Origin: a virus
Taxonomy: Duplodnaviria; Caudoviricetes
Reading direction: 5' to 3' (one strand)
Virus record (IMG/VR): IMGVR_UViG_3300020044_002588
Location: 1 to 29,904 of that record
DNA length: 29,904 bases
Positions 18,813 to 26,445 of the stretch are shown one piece after another (position 1 is the stretch's first letter; every line of letters begins with the position of its first letter). The notes under the pieces were generated by a model. It had not been told where the DNA came from, made no database searches, and saw only the letters and a program-made list of their open reading frames with translations. The position numbers and the translations under genes are program-made.

Positions 18813-19321
18813 GAAGGAGTTATGAGGGTGCTGCACAGGCAGCGCAACTCACTACGTTGCTTGGTAATTCAACTGCGAATACAACGATCTATTGCGATGA
18901 CCTGACGAACTGGCCTACTGGTACTGGTAGTAGACCGTTCTATGTGGTGATCAATCGTGGGAAGACGAATGAGGAGAAGATTCTCTGCTCTTCACGCGCA
19001 GGAAACGTCTTGACTGTGTATGACAATGGTGTCACGAATGGTCGGGCAGCGGACGATACGAGTATCACGAGTCATGCAGCGTCTTCTGTCATTGAGCATG
19101 TGTTCACTGCGACTGATGCTGATGAGGCAAATGATCACGTCAATACTGTGACGCTTCATATCACGGTATGCACGTCTGGTACTCGTCCGGCTTCCCCGGT
19201 TGCGAATCAGACGATTATTGAAACAGACACGCTTTTGCTGCTGTCGTACATTGGAAGCGAGTGGAAGACGATATCATCTAGTGAGGGCGGCCTGAATCCG
19301 CTTCTCTTGATTGGAGCGTAA
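18809..19321 (+). CDS. Tail fibre-associated protein
   Basis: GTG 18809 (GTGA overlap, RBS GAGGAGG). Contains EEKILCSSR..LTV..RAADDT..H and TRPASP segments typical of fibre anchor domains, and ends NPLLLIGA. Confidence 0.6.
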   Translation: MRRSYEGAAQAAQLTTLLGNSTANTTIYCDDLTNWPTGTGSRPFYVVINRGKTNEEKILCSSRAGNVLTVYDNGVTNGRAADDTSITSHAASSVIEHVFTATDADEANDHVNTVTLHITVCTSGTRPASPVANQTIIETDTLLLLSYIGSEWKTISSSEGGLNPLLLIGA

Positions 19322-19323
19322 TC

Positions 19324-19659
19324 ATGGCTACGGTTTATAAGCGTCTTGGCGCAATTGCATCTACTGGGACGATTGGCACAGCAGACACGCTGTACACGGT
19401 TCCGTCTGCAACGGCGACTGTCGTTTCAACGATCACGATCTGCAATACTGCTGCTTCTTCTGCAACGTATAGGATTGCCATTTCTACTACAACGTCGTTT
19501 GTAGCGGCGGGATATGTGATATATGGGGCAACTGTCGCAGCGAATGACACGGTGATTCTGACATGTGGCTTTACGTTGGATGCTACGAATAAGTATCTTC
19601 TGTGTAGCGGTTCGGCTTCGACTGTTTCATTTAGTGCCTTTGGGTCGGAGATTTCGTAA
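19324..19659 (+). CDS. Small beta-rich virion protein (MATVYKRLG...FSAFGSEIS)
   Basis: 111 aa, RBS GGAG, Thr/Ala/Ser-rich, LYTVP and STITICN pattern seen in phage fibre regions. Confidence 0.7.
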   Translation: MATVYKRLGAIASTGTIGTADTLYTVPSATATVVSTITICNTAASSATYRIAISTTTSFVAAGYVIYGATVAANDTVILTCGFTLDATNKYLLCSGSASTVSFSAFGSEIS

Positions 19660-20537
19660 TGGCGGTTATTAGCGGCGCGGTAAGCGGTTTGTCTGGCGGT
19701 AAGAATAGGGATGTTTCTAGTGCTGCTCAATCAGTTGGTGTACCTCCAGCAGCAGATTTTTCCAATACCGCGACCGGCTCCTACACCGGATACAAGTACC
19801 TAACCTTCACGATCAGCGGAACAATCACAATCACCACGGCAGGTTTCGCGGATCTCGTCATCGTCGGGGGAGGTGGCCGAGGCGGAACTGGTGAAGCAAA
19901 CGGCGCTGGCGGTGGTGGCGGCGCTGGCGGGTTTGCCAACCTAAGCCAGGTGTACCTACCCGCTGGAACACTCACGGTGACAGTTGGCGGCGCTACTGGC
20001 CCATCACGAATCGGCTCCTATGTCAGTCCACAAGGCGGGCAAGGTGGGGACGGCGTTAGCGCTGGGAATCGCCCGGGTGATTGGGGGGGCAGCGGCGGCG
20101 GCGCTGGCGGCGGAGGTACTGCTGCTGGTGGTACTGCTCTCGTATCGTTCGGGTTCGATGGTGGGTCTACAACCGGGGGAACTGGCGGTGCTTCTGGCGG
20201 CGGGGGCGCCGGCGCTGTGGGAGTTGGTTCAAATACAAGCGCCAACGGCGGAGCGGGTGGAGTCGGCTCAAGCACCACGATTGCAGGCACAACGCCGTCG
20301 GGCGCATATGTTGCAGGAGCATTCAACTTTGGTGGCGGCGGTGGTGGTGGTGCTTATGGAGGAGGAACGGCGGGCGCTGGTGGTGTCACTGGCGGCGCGG
20401 CAGGGTCAGCCTCAGGAAACGGCAATGCAGCGCCAGCGAATCTAGGCGGCGGTGGTGGTGGTGCGTATGGTCAAGCTACGGGCTATGGCGGCGGACTTGG
20501 TGGCTCGGGCATCGTAATAGTTAGGGTGGCAGTCTGA
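19659..20537 (+). CDS. Glycine-rich domain protein (putative receptor-binding/tail tip)
   Basis: LVIVGGGGRGG...GGGGGAGG...GGSGIVIVR architecture of phage glycine-rich domains. Confidence 0.75.
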   Translation: MAVISGAVSGLSGGKNRDVSSAAQSVGVPPAADFSNTATGSYTGYKYLTFTISGTITITTAGFADLVIVGGGGRGGTGEANGAGGGGGAGGFANLSQVYLPAGTLTVTVGGATGPSRIGSYVSPQGGQGGDGVSAGNRPGDWGGSGGGAGGGGTAAGGTALVSFGFDGGSTTGGTGGASGGGGAGAVGVGSNTSANGGAGGVGSSTTIAGTTPSGAYVAGAFNFGGGGGGGAYGGGTAGAGGVTGGAAGSASGNGNAAPANLGGGGGGAYGQATGYGGGLGGSGIVIVRVAV

Positions 20538-20812
20538 TGGCTCATTTCGCATTGATCGACTCAGCGAACATCGTCCGCGAAGTCATCGTGATCAGCAACA
20601 GCGATTGTGGCGGCGGTGACTTTCCAGACTCCGAACCCATCGGGCAGGCGTTCATTAACGGGCCGCACCCCGACAACCTCGCACTCGAAGGCGTGTGGAA
20701 GCAGACAAGCTACAGCGGTTCGTTCCGGGGCTGTTACGCGGGGATCGGGTTCTCCTACGATCCCGTGGCTGATGTCTTCGTTCCTCCGGCTGCACCCGAG
20801 CCAGCGCCATGA
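20537..20812 (+). CDS. Conserved small protein following glycine-rich gene (MAHFA...WKQTSY...YAGIGFSYD), possible fibre chaperone
   Basis: 91 aa, TGATG coupling. The motif pattern is familiar from phage tail regions; the chaperone role is an inference. Confidence 0.7.
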   Translation: MAHFALIDSANIVREVIVISNSDCGGGDFPDSEPIGQAFINGPHPDNLALEGVWKQTSYSGSFRGCYAGIGFSYDPVADVFVPPAAPEPAP

Positions 20813-20901
20813 TGCTCCTGCGGCTGCCGGACGACGTGCAAGCGGACTGGGCAGAAGACACCGAATATGACGTGTTCGACTCTTCAACTATTTCGGAGTA
20901 G
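20809..20901 (+). CDS. Possible 30-aa acidic microprotein
   Basis: ATGA overlap at 20809; reads MMLLRLPDDVQADWAEDTEYDVFDSSTISE*; the stop abuts the ATG at 20902. Confidence 0.35.
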   Translation: MMLLRLPDDVQADWAEDTEYDVFDSSTISE

Positions 20902-21168
20902 ATGATGAATGGGGACTTCGCTGTTGATACGTGGGGCGAAGTCCTCGTTATTCTCAGTATTGTAGGAGTTGGGTTAGCGATATTGGACTGGCGTATCAAG
21001 CAGTCGGTGTCAACATATGTTGAATCTATGTCAAAAGAACTAAAACACGACATTCAGCAGATGACTCAACCTATCCAACCGGGTTACCGGAATGGCGGGG
21101 AATCGCTGTCTGATCTTGCTCATGAGATTCGTCGTGTCGCTAAGGCTATGGGAGTTGGAAATGAGTAA
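20902..21168 (+). CDS. Single-TM membrane protein of the lysis cassette
   Basis: Hydrophobic segment VLVILSIVGVGLAIL followed by an NGGESLSD motif, similar to actinophage lysis-cassette membrane proteins. Confidence 0.65.
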   Translation: MMNGDFAVDTWGEVLVILSIVGVGLAILDWRIKQSVSTYVESMSKELKHDIQQMTQPIQPGYRNGGESLSDLAHEIRRVAKAMGVGNE

Positions 21169-21388
21169 GTGGCTATCTGATGCGAGAAATCGTAGGCACC
21201 TGTACATGGTGTGCATGGCGATCATTCCGCTGCTGGTTTTCTATGGAGTGATTGCTCAGGCGGTGGCACCGTTGTGGATTGCTCTTGTTGGTGCGATTGT
21301 TGCGCCGAGCGTGGCATTGAATCACATCACTCCGAATGCTGATGATCAGGCGACAGCGTTTGAGGACTTCGATGAGCAGGCTCTCTGA
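21161..21388 (+). CDS. Holin (two TM helices)
   Basis: ATG 21161 after GGGAG. RRHLYMVCMAIIPLLVFYGVI..WIALVGAIVAP, directly upstream of the endolysin. Confidence 0.75.
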   Translation: MSKWLSDARNRRHLYMVCMAIIPLLVFYGVIAQAVAPLWIALVGAIVAPSVALNHITPNADDQATAFEDFDEQAL

Positions 21389-21831
21389 TGGTGAGACTGT
21401 GCGCTGCTGGTGTGACCTTGAGGAATCAGGTCAACGCCCGGTTCCCGCGCCGGGACAAGACGAGCGACGGCTGGATTGGGGACGCTGCACATGCTGCCCG
21501 TGAAGGCTGGGGTCTGAACGGTAAGGGGTCGTACCATAATCCTGCACCGAATGGGTTCGTTCATGCGCTGGATATTGATGAAGATTTTGGCGCTCCCGGT
21601 GATAACAGGAAGTTCGCTGACCAGTTAGCGACGTATTGCCGGTTTGGTTTTGATGGTGGCCGGATCGTACATATCGTGTATGAGGATCAGGTTGCGTCGA
21701 AGACTGCTGGTAACTGGCATTTCAGGGGGAGCGGGTATGGGCACTCGCACCATATTCATATCTCGTTCAGTGCGAAGGCTGATCTGAACGGCGCTAAGTT
21801 CTATTTGCCGATTCTTAAGATGCCGCGTTAG
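21388..21831 (+). CDS. Endolysin, M15-type zinc peptidase domain
   Basis: DGWIGDAAH, SYHNP..VHALDID and HHIHISF motifs supply His/Asp/His zinc ligands; follows the holin. Confidence 0.8.
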   Translation: MVRLCAAGVTLRNQVNARFPRRDKTSDGWIGDAAHAAREGWGLNGKGSYHNPAPNGFVHALDIDEDFGAPGDNRKFADQLATYCRFGFDGGRIVHIVYEDQVASKTAGNWHFRGSGYGHSHHIHISFSAKADLNGAKFYLPILKMPR

Positions 21832-22876
21832 CGAACAGGGCGTGCCATTCGCTGGCCCTGCATTCGATTGTCCATGTTTTCAGGACGGCCATACGCGCAC
21901 GGTAGGCCTCTTTCTTCCGCTCCCTGTGGTCCAGTAGCCGTTCCACTGCCAGCGTCCACTGCTCTGGCGTGGAGGCGAGCGTCCCGACCCCTGTCTCATG
22001 CAGCAGCCGATACTCGGGCATGTCGCTGGCAATGAACGGGATGCCAGCGGCAGCGTATTCCAGTCCCTTGATGTTGGACTTGGCCTCGTTGAACGGGATG
22101 TTGTTCAGGGGTACGAGTCCGATGTCGAATTGGAGCGCTTTCCCATAGGTCTTAATGTCACATAGGGGGCTAGTTATGAGTCGTTGTTCTGGGATTCCAG
22201 CGATGTCGCAAATGTCTTTACCTGTCGCGCCAACGTGGTAAAAAAACAGGTCATTCTTTTCAAGTACTTCAGGCAGCCATTCCCGTAACTGCTCTAGGTC
22301 GTTGTTCCTGAATGCAGTTGACCCGGCCCACCCGATGACGGGTTTGCCGGGTCTGTGGATGCGGGGCGTGAACTGCTGCGTGTTCACTCCGTTTCGGATC
22401 ATCACCACATTGTCATGGAACTGCTGGTAGTGATCCCTAAGGAATGGGGTGGATACGGTGATGATGTCCGCATGGTGTATTGATTCTTTGTAATAGTCAC
22501 GGTTGAACTTCTTGTTGCTCTCTGGATCAGTCAGCCCGTACGCCTTGTTCGCTGGTGTCAGTCCATCGAAGTAGTCGTCAATGTCGATGATGATTCTCTG
22601 CCGTGCGTTCTTCTGGGCAAGGGTGATCTGGTGTGGTGTTGGCCTGTCCATGATGAGTTTCAGCATCACCTGATTGAAGCCGTAAGCGCCGACGTTGCCG
22701 TCTTCGATGATCCCGAATCCGTGTGCGGAGTTGAAGACTGGCAGTCCCATTTGTCCTCTATGTCCACATACGACCATTGGCAGGTAGCAGCGGTAGTAGG
22801 CGCATCCTCCGGGAATTGCGTTGAATGGTGGAGGGACAGTCCAGTCACGGGTGAGGAATCCGATGTTCAGGACCAC
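21815..22876 (-). CDS. Glycosyltransferase, GT-B fold, family 4-like
   Basis: YYRCYLP, DIDD, ITVSTPFL, IGWAGS, FDIGLVPL..FNEAKSNIKGLEYAAAGIPFIAS. The likely start is GTG 22876, overlapping the upstream stop; the track start at 22993 is overextended. Confidence 0.88.
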   Translation of the reverse strand: MVLNIGFLTRDWTVPPPFNAIPGGCAYYRCYLPMVVCGHRGQMGLPVFNSAHGFGIIEDGNVGAYGFNQVMLKLIMDRPTPHQITLAQKNARQRIIIDIDDYFDGLTPANKAYGLTDPESNKKFNRDYYKESIHHADIITVSTPFLRDHYQQFHDNVVMIRNGVNTQQFTPRIHRPGKPVIGWAGSTAFRNNDLEQLREWLPEVLEKNDLFFYHVGATGKDICDIAGIPEQRLITSPLCDIKTYGKALQFDIGLVPLNNIPFNEAKSNIKGLEYAAAGIPFIASDMPEYRLLHETGVGTLASTPEQWTLAVERLLDHRERKKEAYRARMAVLKTWTIECRASEWHALFANAAS

Positions 22877-23481
22877 GTGTGGCCTTCTAGGTTGAGGTTG
22901 AGGAATGGGTTGAGCGAGTGTATGTCTACGTCGTAGTGGTCTTGTAGCCATGCTTTGACCATGCGTAGGTGCTGTTCCCATCTGTCCAGCCACATGCGCG
23001 GGTTGTCTTGGAGGAGGTTGCCTGAGGCGTACCCTTCCATGTTTGTCATGCCGTCCAGCATTCCGCAGTCAGCGCCAACGAGGATGATCTGCTGTGCCCC
23101 CATGTAGGCGGCTATGTGCATGGAGCCGTGGATGCTGCTTGAGCCGACGATGAATCCGTCTGGGTGGACTGATTCTTCTACCATGAAATCAAACTTGGTG
23201 GGCGGGTGAGGGTAGAAGTGGATGTTTGGCAGGAGCCGTTCTGGTTTTCCAGCGAATCCTTGGTCACCTTCTGGCGCGTAGAAAAGGTGGTTGGGGTGCT
23301 CTTCTGCCAGCGGGTAGATGTCTGAGTGGTAGTGGCTGTGGGTGATGAGTGTGCAGTCACGGTCGTATAGGTTCATTCGTGCTGCGGCGTTGTTGGTGGA
23401 GACGACTGTCTTGCCGTCGAAGAATCGTGGCCTCATGTATCCGAGTGTTGTCCCGCTGCCGAGGACGTAGATGTCTTTCAT
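22867..23481 (-). CDS. Maf/MptE-like (DUF115-type) putative sugar transferase
   Basis: IYVLGSGTTL..VSTN at the N-terminus and HIAAYMGAQQIILVGADC near the C-terminus. ATG 23481 forms an ATGA overlap. Confidence 0.65.
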   Translation of the reverse strand: MKDIYVLGSGTTLGYMRPRFFDGKTVVSTNNAAARMNLYDRDCTLITHSHYHSDIYPLAEEHPNHLFYAPEGDQGFAGKPERLLPNIHFYPHPPTKFDFMVEESVHPDGFIVGSSSIHGSMHIAAYMGAQQIILVGADCGMLDGMTNMEGYASGNLLQDNPRMWLDRWEQHLRMVKAWLQDHYDVDIHSLNPFLNLNLEGHTWS

Positions 23482-23756
23482 CCGACGAACTCGTAGCATC
23501 CGCATTTGCATGGTCCAGCAGCGTGCTTGTGGCTGCAAGCCACGCACGAAGTGATATCTACTGGTTCGATCTCAGCGATTGGGGCTGGCAGGGGAGCGAG
23601 TTCACGCTTCACGGGTATTTGGGTGAACACGTTTGGTTCGGCGCATTTGCTGTCATCCCATTCGACTGTTATCGAATGGTTGCCTTTGTGGCTGGCACGC
23701 TTCCCGCACCTGTCTCCAGCGATGTTGTGCGCCCAGCAGATTCTTATGTCGTTCAT
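23478..23756 (-). CDS. Small Cys/His-rich protein (probable Zn-binding)
   Basis: C-x8-C-x5-H-x3-H at the N-terminus and CxxCxHxH-x4-CxCxC at the C-terminus; RBS GAAGGA. Confidence 0.7.
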   Translation of the reverse strand: MNDIRICWAHNIAGDRCGKRASHKGNHSITVEWDDSKCAEPNVFTQIPVKRELAPLPAPIAEIEPVDITSCVACSHKHAAGPCKCGCYEFVG

Positions 23757-23800
23757 TGTTTCCTTCTTCCCATCGGATATGTGTGTCCCATCATTGCGGC

Positions 23801-23892
23801 GGTGGGGGAGAGCGAACAGGAGTGAACTCTCTCCCCCACCATCCTCAACCCTAGTTCTGAAGGATGGGGGACTTCATCACTAGGGGAGTCTT
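23801..23892. promoter_or_regulatory. Cluster of three hairpins (terminator or regulatory RNA)
   Basis: GGTGGGGGAGAG/CTCTCCCCCACC 12-bp stem (23801-23840); CCATCCT/AGGATGG (23839-23867); GGGACTTC/GGAGTCTT (23868-23892). Confidence 0.55.
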
Positions 23893-24836
23893 CATCGTGA
23901 GCGTACCTTTCGAATGTCTAGCCGGGAGTATCCCTGCTTCTCGAAAGATTCCACCGTGGATGGTTGGATATCTACCCATCGTACTTGCCACGAGTTCGTG
24001 GCTCCGTTGACACCATGAAGTATAGCCGAGGCTTCTTTCTTCATCTGATCCGCTTCTTTCGCCATGTCTCTGGCTTCGACGTACATGTTGATCGCTGCGA
24101 CGAGTTCAGGGTTGTCGATCTGTTCGCCTCCGTCATTCATCTGCATTCCTCCACGGCAGGCAGTGAAGTGTGAGCAGATGCGCTCGCACACAGCGGATGG
24201 GAGATCACGGCTGGCGTCTTCCTTGTTCTTCACTGCGTAGATGACGTCAGTGACCCATGCGTCGATCTCATCGGTGAGTGTCGGATCGTATTCAGCGACG
24301 TCAGTGATGAGGAGTTCCTCTTTCCCTGACCTATCAAGGAATGCGTTTCCTACATAGATTGGGCGTGTCTTATCAAGTAGTCCGCTGCTGATAGCGCCAA
24401 GTACGTAGAGGTGACGCTGGAACTTGTTTGACTGCGATGCTCCCTCACGCTTCGCCCAAGTGAGTCCGTCCTTGGTCTTGAGATCAAGGAGAACATTGTC
24501 CTCAGGGATGATGATGTCAGGATGGCCGCTGATCTCCGCTCCTGACGGTAGTACGGCAGTGACCCTGATCTTGTCGATGCTGCCGACAAGCCATGTCGGA
24601 AACATCTCCTTGATCGCTGCCTCCGTGTAGTTGTGGATGGCGGTTCCGATTGCGGCTGGCATGATCGGTGTCGAATCTGTTGCCGCTACCCCACGGGTCA
24701 TAAGGACTGCCTTTTGCCGGCAGAATCCGATGTCCGATGGTCCGAGGATTCCGTTGTCGCTTTGCACTGAGCGGTCGCTGCTGTCGCTGTATGAGCGGAT
24801 AGCGGCGCTGATGAGTGCCCCATAGTCTTTCATCAT
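23892..24836 (-). CDS. PD-(D/E)XK exonuclease (Cas4/RecE-like)
   Basis: GPSDIGFCRQK, GTAIH, SGHPD..LLDLKT, QRHLY and C-terminal CxxxCxxxxxC; adjacent to the annealase. Confidence 0.85.
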   Translation of the reverse strand: MMKDYGALISAAIRSYSDSSDRSVQSDNGILGPSDIGFCRQKAVLMTRGVAATDSTPIMPAAIGTAIHNYTEAAIKEMFPTWLVGSIDKIRVTAVLPSGAEISGHPDIIIPEDNVLLDLKTKDGLTWAKREGASQSNKFQRHLYVLGAISSGLLDKTRPIYVGNAFLDRSGKEELLITDVAEYDPTLTDEIDAWVTDVIYAVKNKEDASRDLPSAVCERICSHFTACRGGMQMNDGGEQIDNPELVAAINMYVEARDMAKEADQMKKEASAILHGVNGATNSWQVRWVDIQPSTVESFEKQGYSRLDIRKVRSR

Positions 24837-25552
24837 TTTCCCTTTCCTGTCTGTGCGATTGCCTTGTCAAGCCACTTCGCGAGCGTGACTCCTTGGAATA
24901 CCCAGTCGTTGACCTGTTCGGTGTTCATCTCCTGCTTGAGTTCTAGGAGTGCGGATACGTCGCTGTCGGCGATGAGTGCCTTCATGCGTTCGATCCAGAT
25001 GCCTGATTCCTCGTTGTCAGGTACAGCCGGTGGCCTGTCGATTTCCTCTACACCGTGTAGACGTAATTTTTCTTCTTCGGTATGTGCTGCTGCTTGCGGT
25101 TTGTCCAGAGTGGTGTGGACGACATCCGCAAGCGATCCGTCGTTGTACAGGCTCAGCCCGAATTGGGTTCCGAGGTTGATTGCCGCTCGCTTGAGCGCAT
25201 CCGATTCTGCTGTCTTGACTGCCATGTCGTGAGCCTCACCGCGTTGAGGGATGCTCGCGGAACCGACAGCGGCTTCGGTGTAGGTGCAGTTGAGCGAGTG
25301 GATTCTGAGTTGTCCGATGACCTTGTATCCGACATTCCATTGGCCTTTCTCGTTCTGCTCTTCGAACATCAGTTCGGCTGTCTGCACGTCCCATGACCAT
25401 GCGCCGAATCCGAAGATGCGGATGAGGTGGGCCTTGACGTCCCATGCCTCTAGGTAAGCGAGGGAGCGTCCTGCCTGTGATCGCTTGGCCACGCGGCTGG
25501 AGTGCAGTGGCTTCATCAGTTGGGCGTATTGCGCGTCGTTCAGTTCATTCAT
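24833..25552 (-). CDS. Rad52/Rad22-family single-strand annealing protein (Sak-like)
   Basis: LAYLEAWDVKAHLIRIFGFGAWS and HDMAVKTAESDALKRAAINLGTQFGLSLY are Rad52-family signatures; RBS AGGAG. Confidence 0.9.
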   Translation of the reverse strand: MNELNDAQYAQLMKPLHSSRVAKRSQAGRSLAYLEAWDVKAHLIRIFGFGAWSWDVQTAELMFEEQNEKGQWNVGYKVIGQLRIHSLNCTYTEAAVGSASIPQRGEAHDMAVKTAESDALKRAAINLGTQFGLSLYNDGSLADVVHTTLDKPQAAAHTEEEKLRLHGVEEIDRPPAVPDNEESGIWIERMKALIADSDVSALLELKQEMNTEQVNDWVFQGVTLAKWLDKAIAQTGKGK

Positions 25553-25610
25553 GTTACTCTCCTGTTCGTTATTGTTTCTCTTAGTTTACCCTATAAAAGG
25601 AGTTAGGTCA

Positions 25611-25946
25611 ATGGGCCTTAAGTATAGCGACGCATACTCGGAGATGCAGGCATTGATTGACTTCCTGAGCAAGGACCCTGACCTAGCATCCAGACTCAAC
25701 AACATCAGCAAACTCAAAGACGATTTCGCAGGGCTGCTCACAAGAGCGAGGGAAGAATCAGCCTACGAACTCAGGTCACGATACCCAGCAGATGAAGCAG
25801 AGCGACTCACTGGAATATCCAGAAGGACAATCGACCGCTGGGCATACAAGTGGAAGTACCGGCATGGACTTCCAGCGATGATGCGGATGAAGAAAGCCGA
25901 CCTAGCCAAAGCCATCGACCTATCTTTCTCCCCACATGGGGAGTAA
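25611..25946 (+). CDS. Small helix-turn-helix DNA-binding protein
   Basis: ATG 25611 after AAGGAG; ADEAERLTGISRRTIDRW HTH pattern. It is the only credible + strand gene in the right arm. Confidence 0.7.
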   Translation: MGLKYSDAYSEMQALIDFLSKDPDLASRLNNISKLKDDFAGLLTRAREESAYELRSRYPADEAERLTGISRRTIDRWAYKWKYRHGLPAMMRMKKADLAKAIDLSFSPHGE

Positions 25947-25948
25947 AT

Positions 25949-26007
25949 CTCGTGAGCGGGATTGGGCTTCCCTACCGCCATCCGCTATGGATGTTCCCGC
26001 TCACGAG
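25949..26007. terminator. 13-bp inverted repeat between convergent genes (probable bidirectional terminator)
   Basis: CTCGTGAGCGGGA (25949-25961) / TCCCGCTCACGAG (25995-26007), with an inner CATCC/GGATG stem. Confidence 0.55.
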
Positions 26008-26345
26008 GACTGAAGGCTACCGTCATCCGATAGCAAATACCAGCCATCCCATAGTTTCACCCGCATCTCGTTTGGCAGGTCGTCTGCGTACAGCAGCCAT
26101 CCGTTGACGTACGCCTCATGCCGGTTGCTCTCCACCCGCTCATGGCATTTCTGGTGCAGGTACAGCGCATTGCTCGCTAGCCCTAGCGTTTCCCTGCGAG
26201 TCCCGCCCATGCGCCGTGGGTTCCTGTGATGAAACTGCCCAGCGTAGGTAACCACCCCGCACATTTCGCACCGCCACTTGCAGCGGAGCAGGATCACTTC
26301 CTTCATAGCAGCATCGAATGACGCCTTCTGTTTACTTGCCGCCAT
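26001..26345 (-). CDS. HNH endonuclease
   Basis: RCEMC..FHHRNPRRMGG..SNALYLHQKCHERVES..GWLL pattern. Confidence 0.8.
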   Translation of the reverse strand: MAASKQKASFDAAMKEVILLRCKWRCEMCGVVTYAGQFHHRNPRRMGGTRRETLGLASNALYLHQKCHERVESNRHEAYVNGWLLYADDLPNEMRVKLWDGWYLLSDDGSLQSS

Positions 26346-26445
26346 TGTGAATCTTCACGAGAGCAGCAATGAATCCGATGATGGCGCACGCTAAGCCTCC
26401 AACGAGGAAGATTTCATACTCGCTCAATGTCACCATGTCAGGCAT
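26332..26445 (-). CDS. Small single-TM protein, 37 aa
   Basis: TAATG coupling at 26445; MPDMVTLSEYEIFLVGGLACAIIGFIAALVKIHNGGK. Confidence 0.6.
   Translation of the reverse strand: MPDMVTLSEYEIFLVGGLACAIIGFIAALVKIHNGGK

Noticed and set aside
19659-20537. Possible diversity-generating retroelement target in the glycine-rich tip gene
   Set aside because: No reverse transcriptase and no adenine-variant template/variable repeat pair were seen in the window.
23757-23892. Hammerhead ribozyme or tRNA in the structured intergenic region
   Set aside because: GTGATGA appears on the minus strand, but the CUGAUGA/GAAA core and three-stem arrangement are absent, and there is no cloverleaf or T-loop.
25966-25973. 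Loop GCTTCCCT complementary to AGGGAAGC at the RBS of the 1903-aa gene (1179-1186)
   Set aside because: An 8-nt purine/pyrimidine match is expected by chance in a window of this size; noted only as a weak parallel to the 23801 hairpin.
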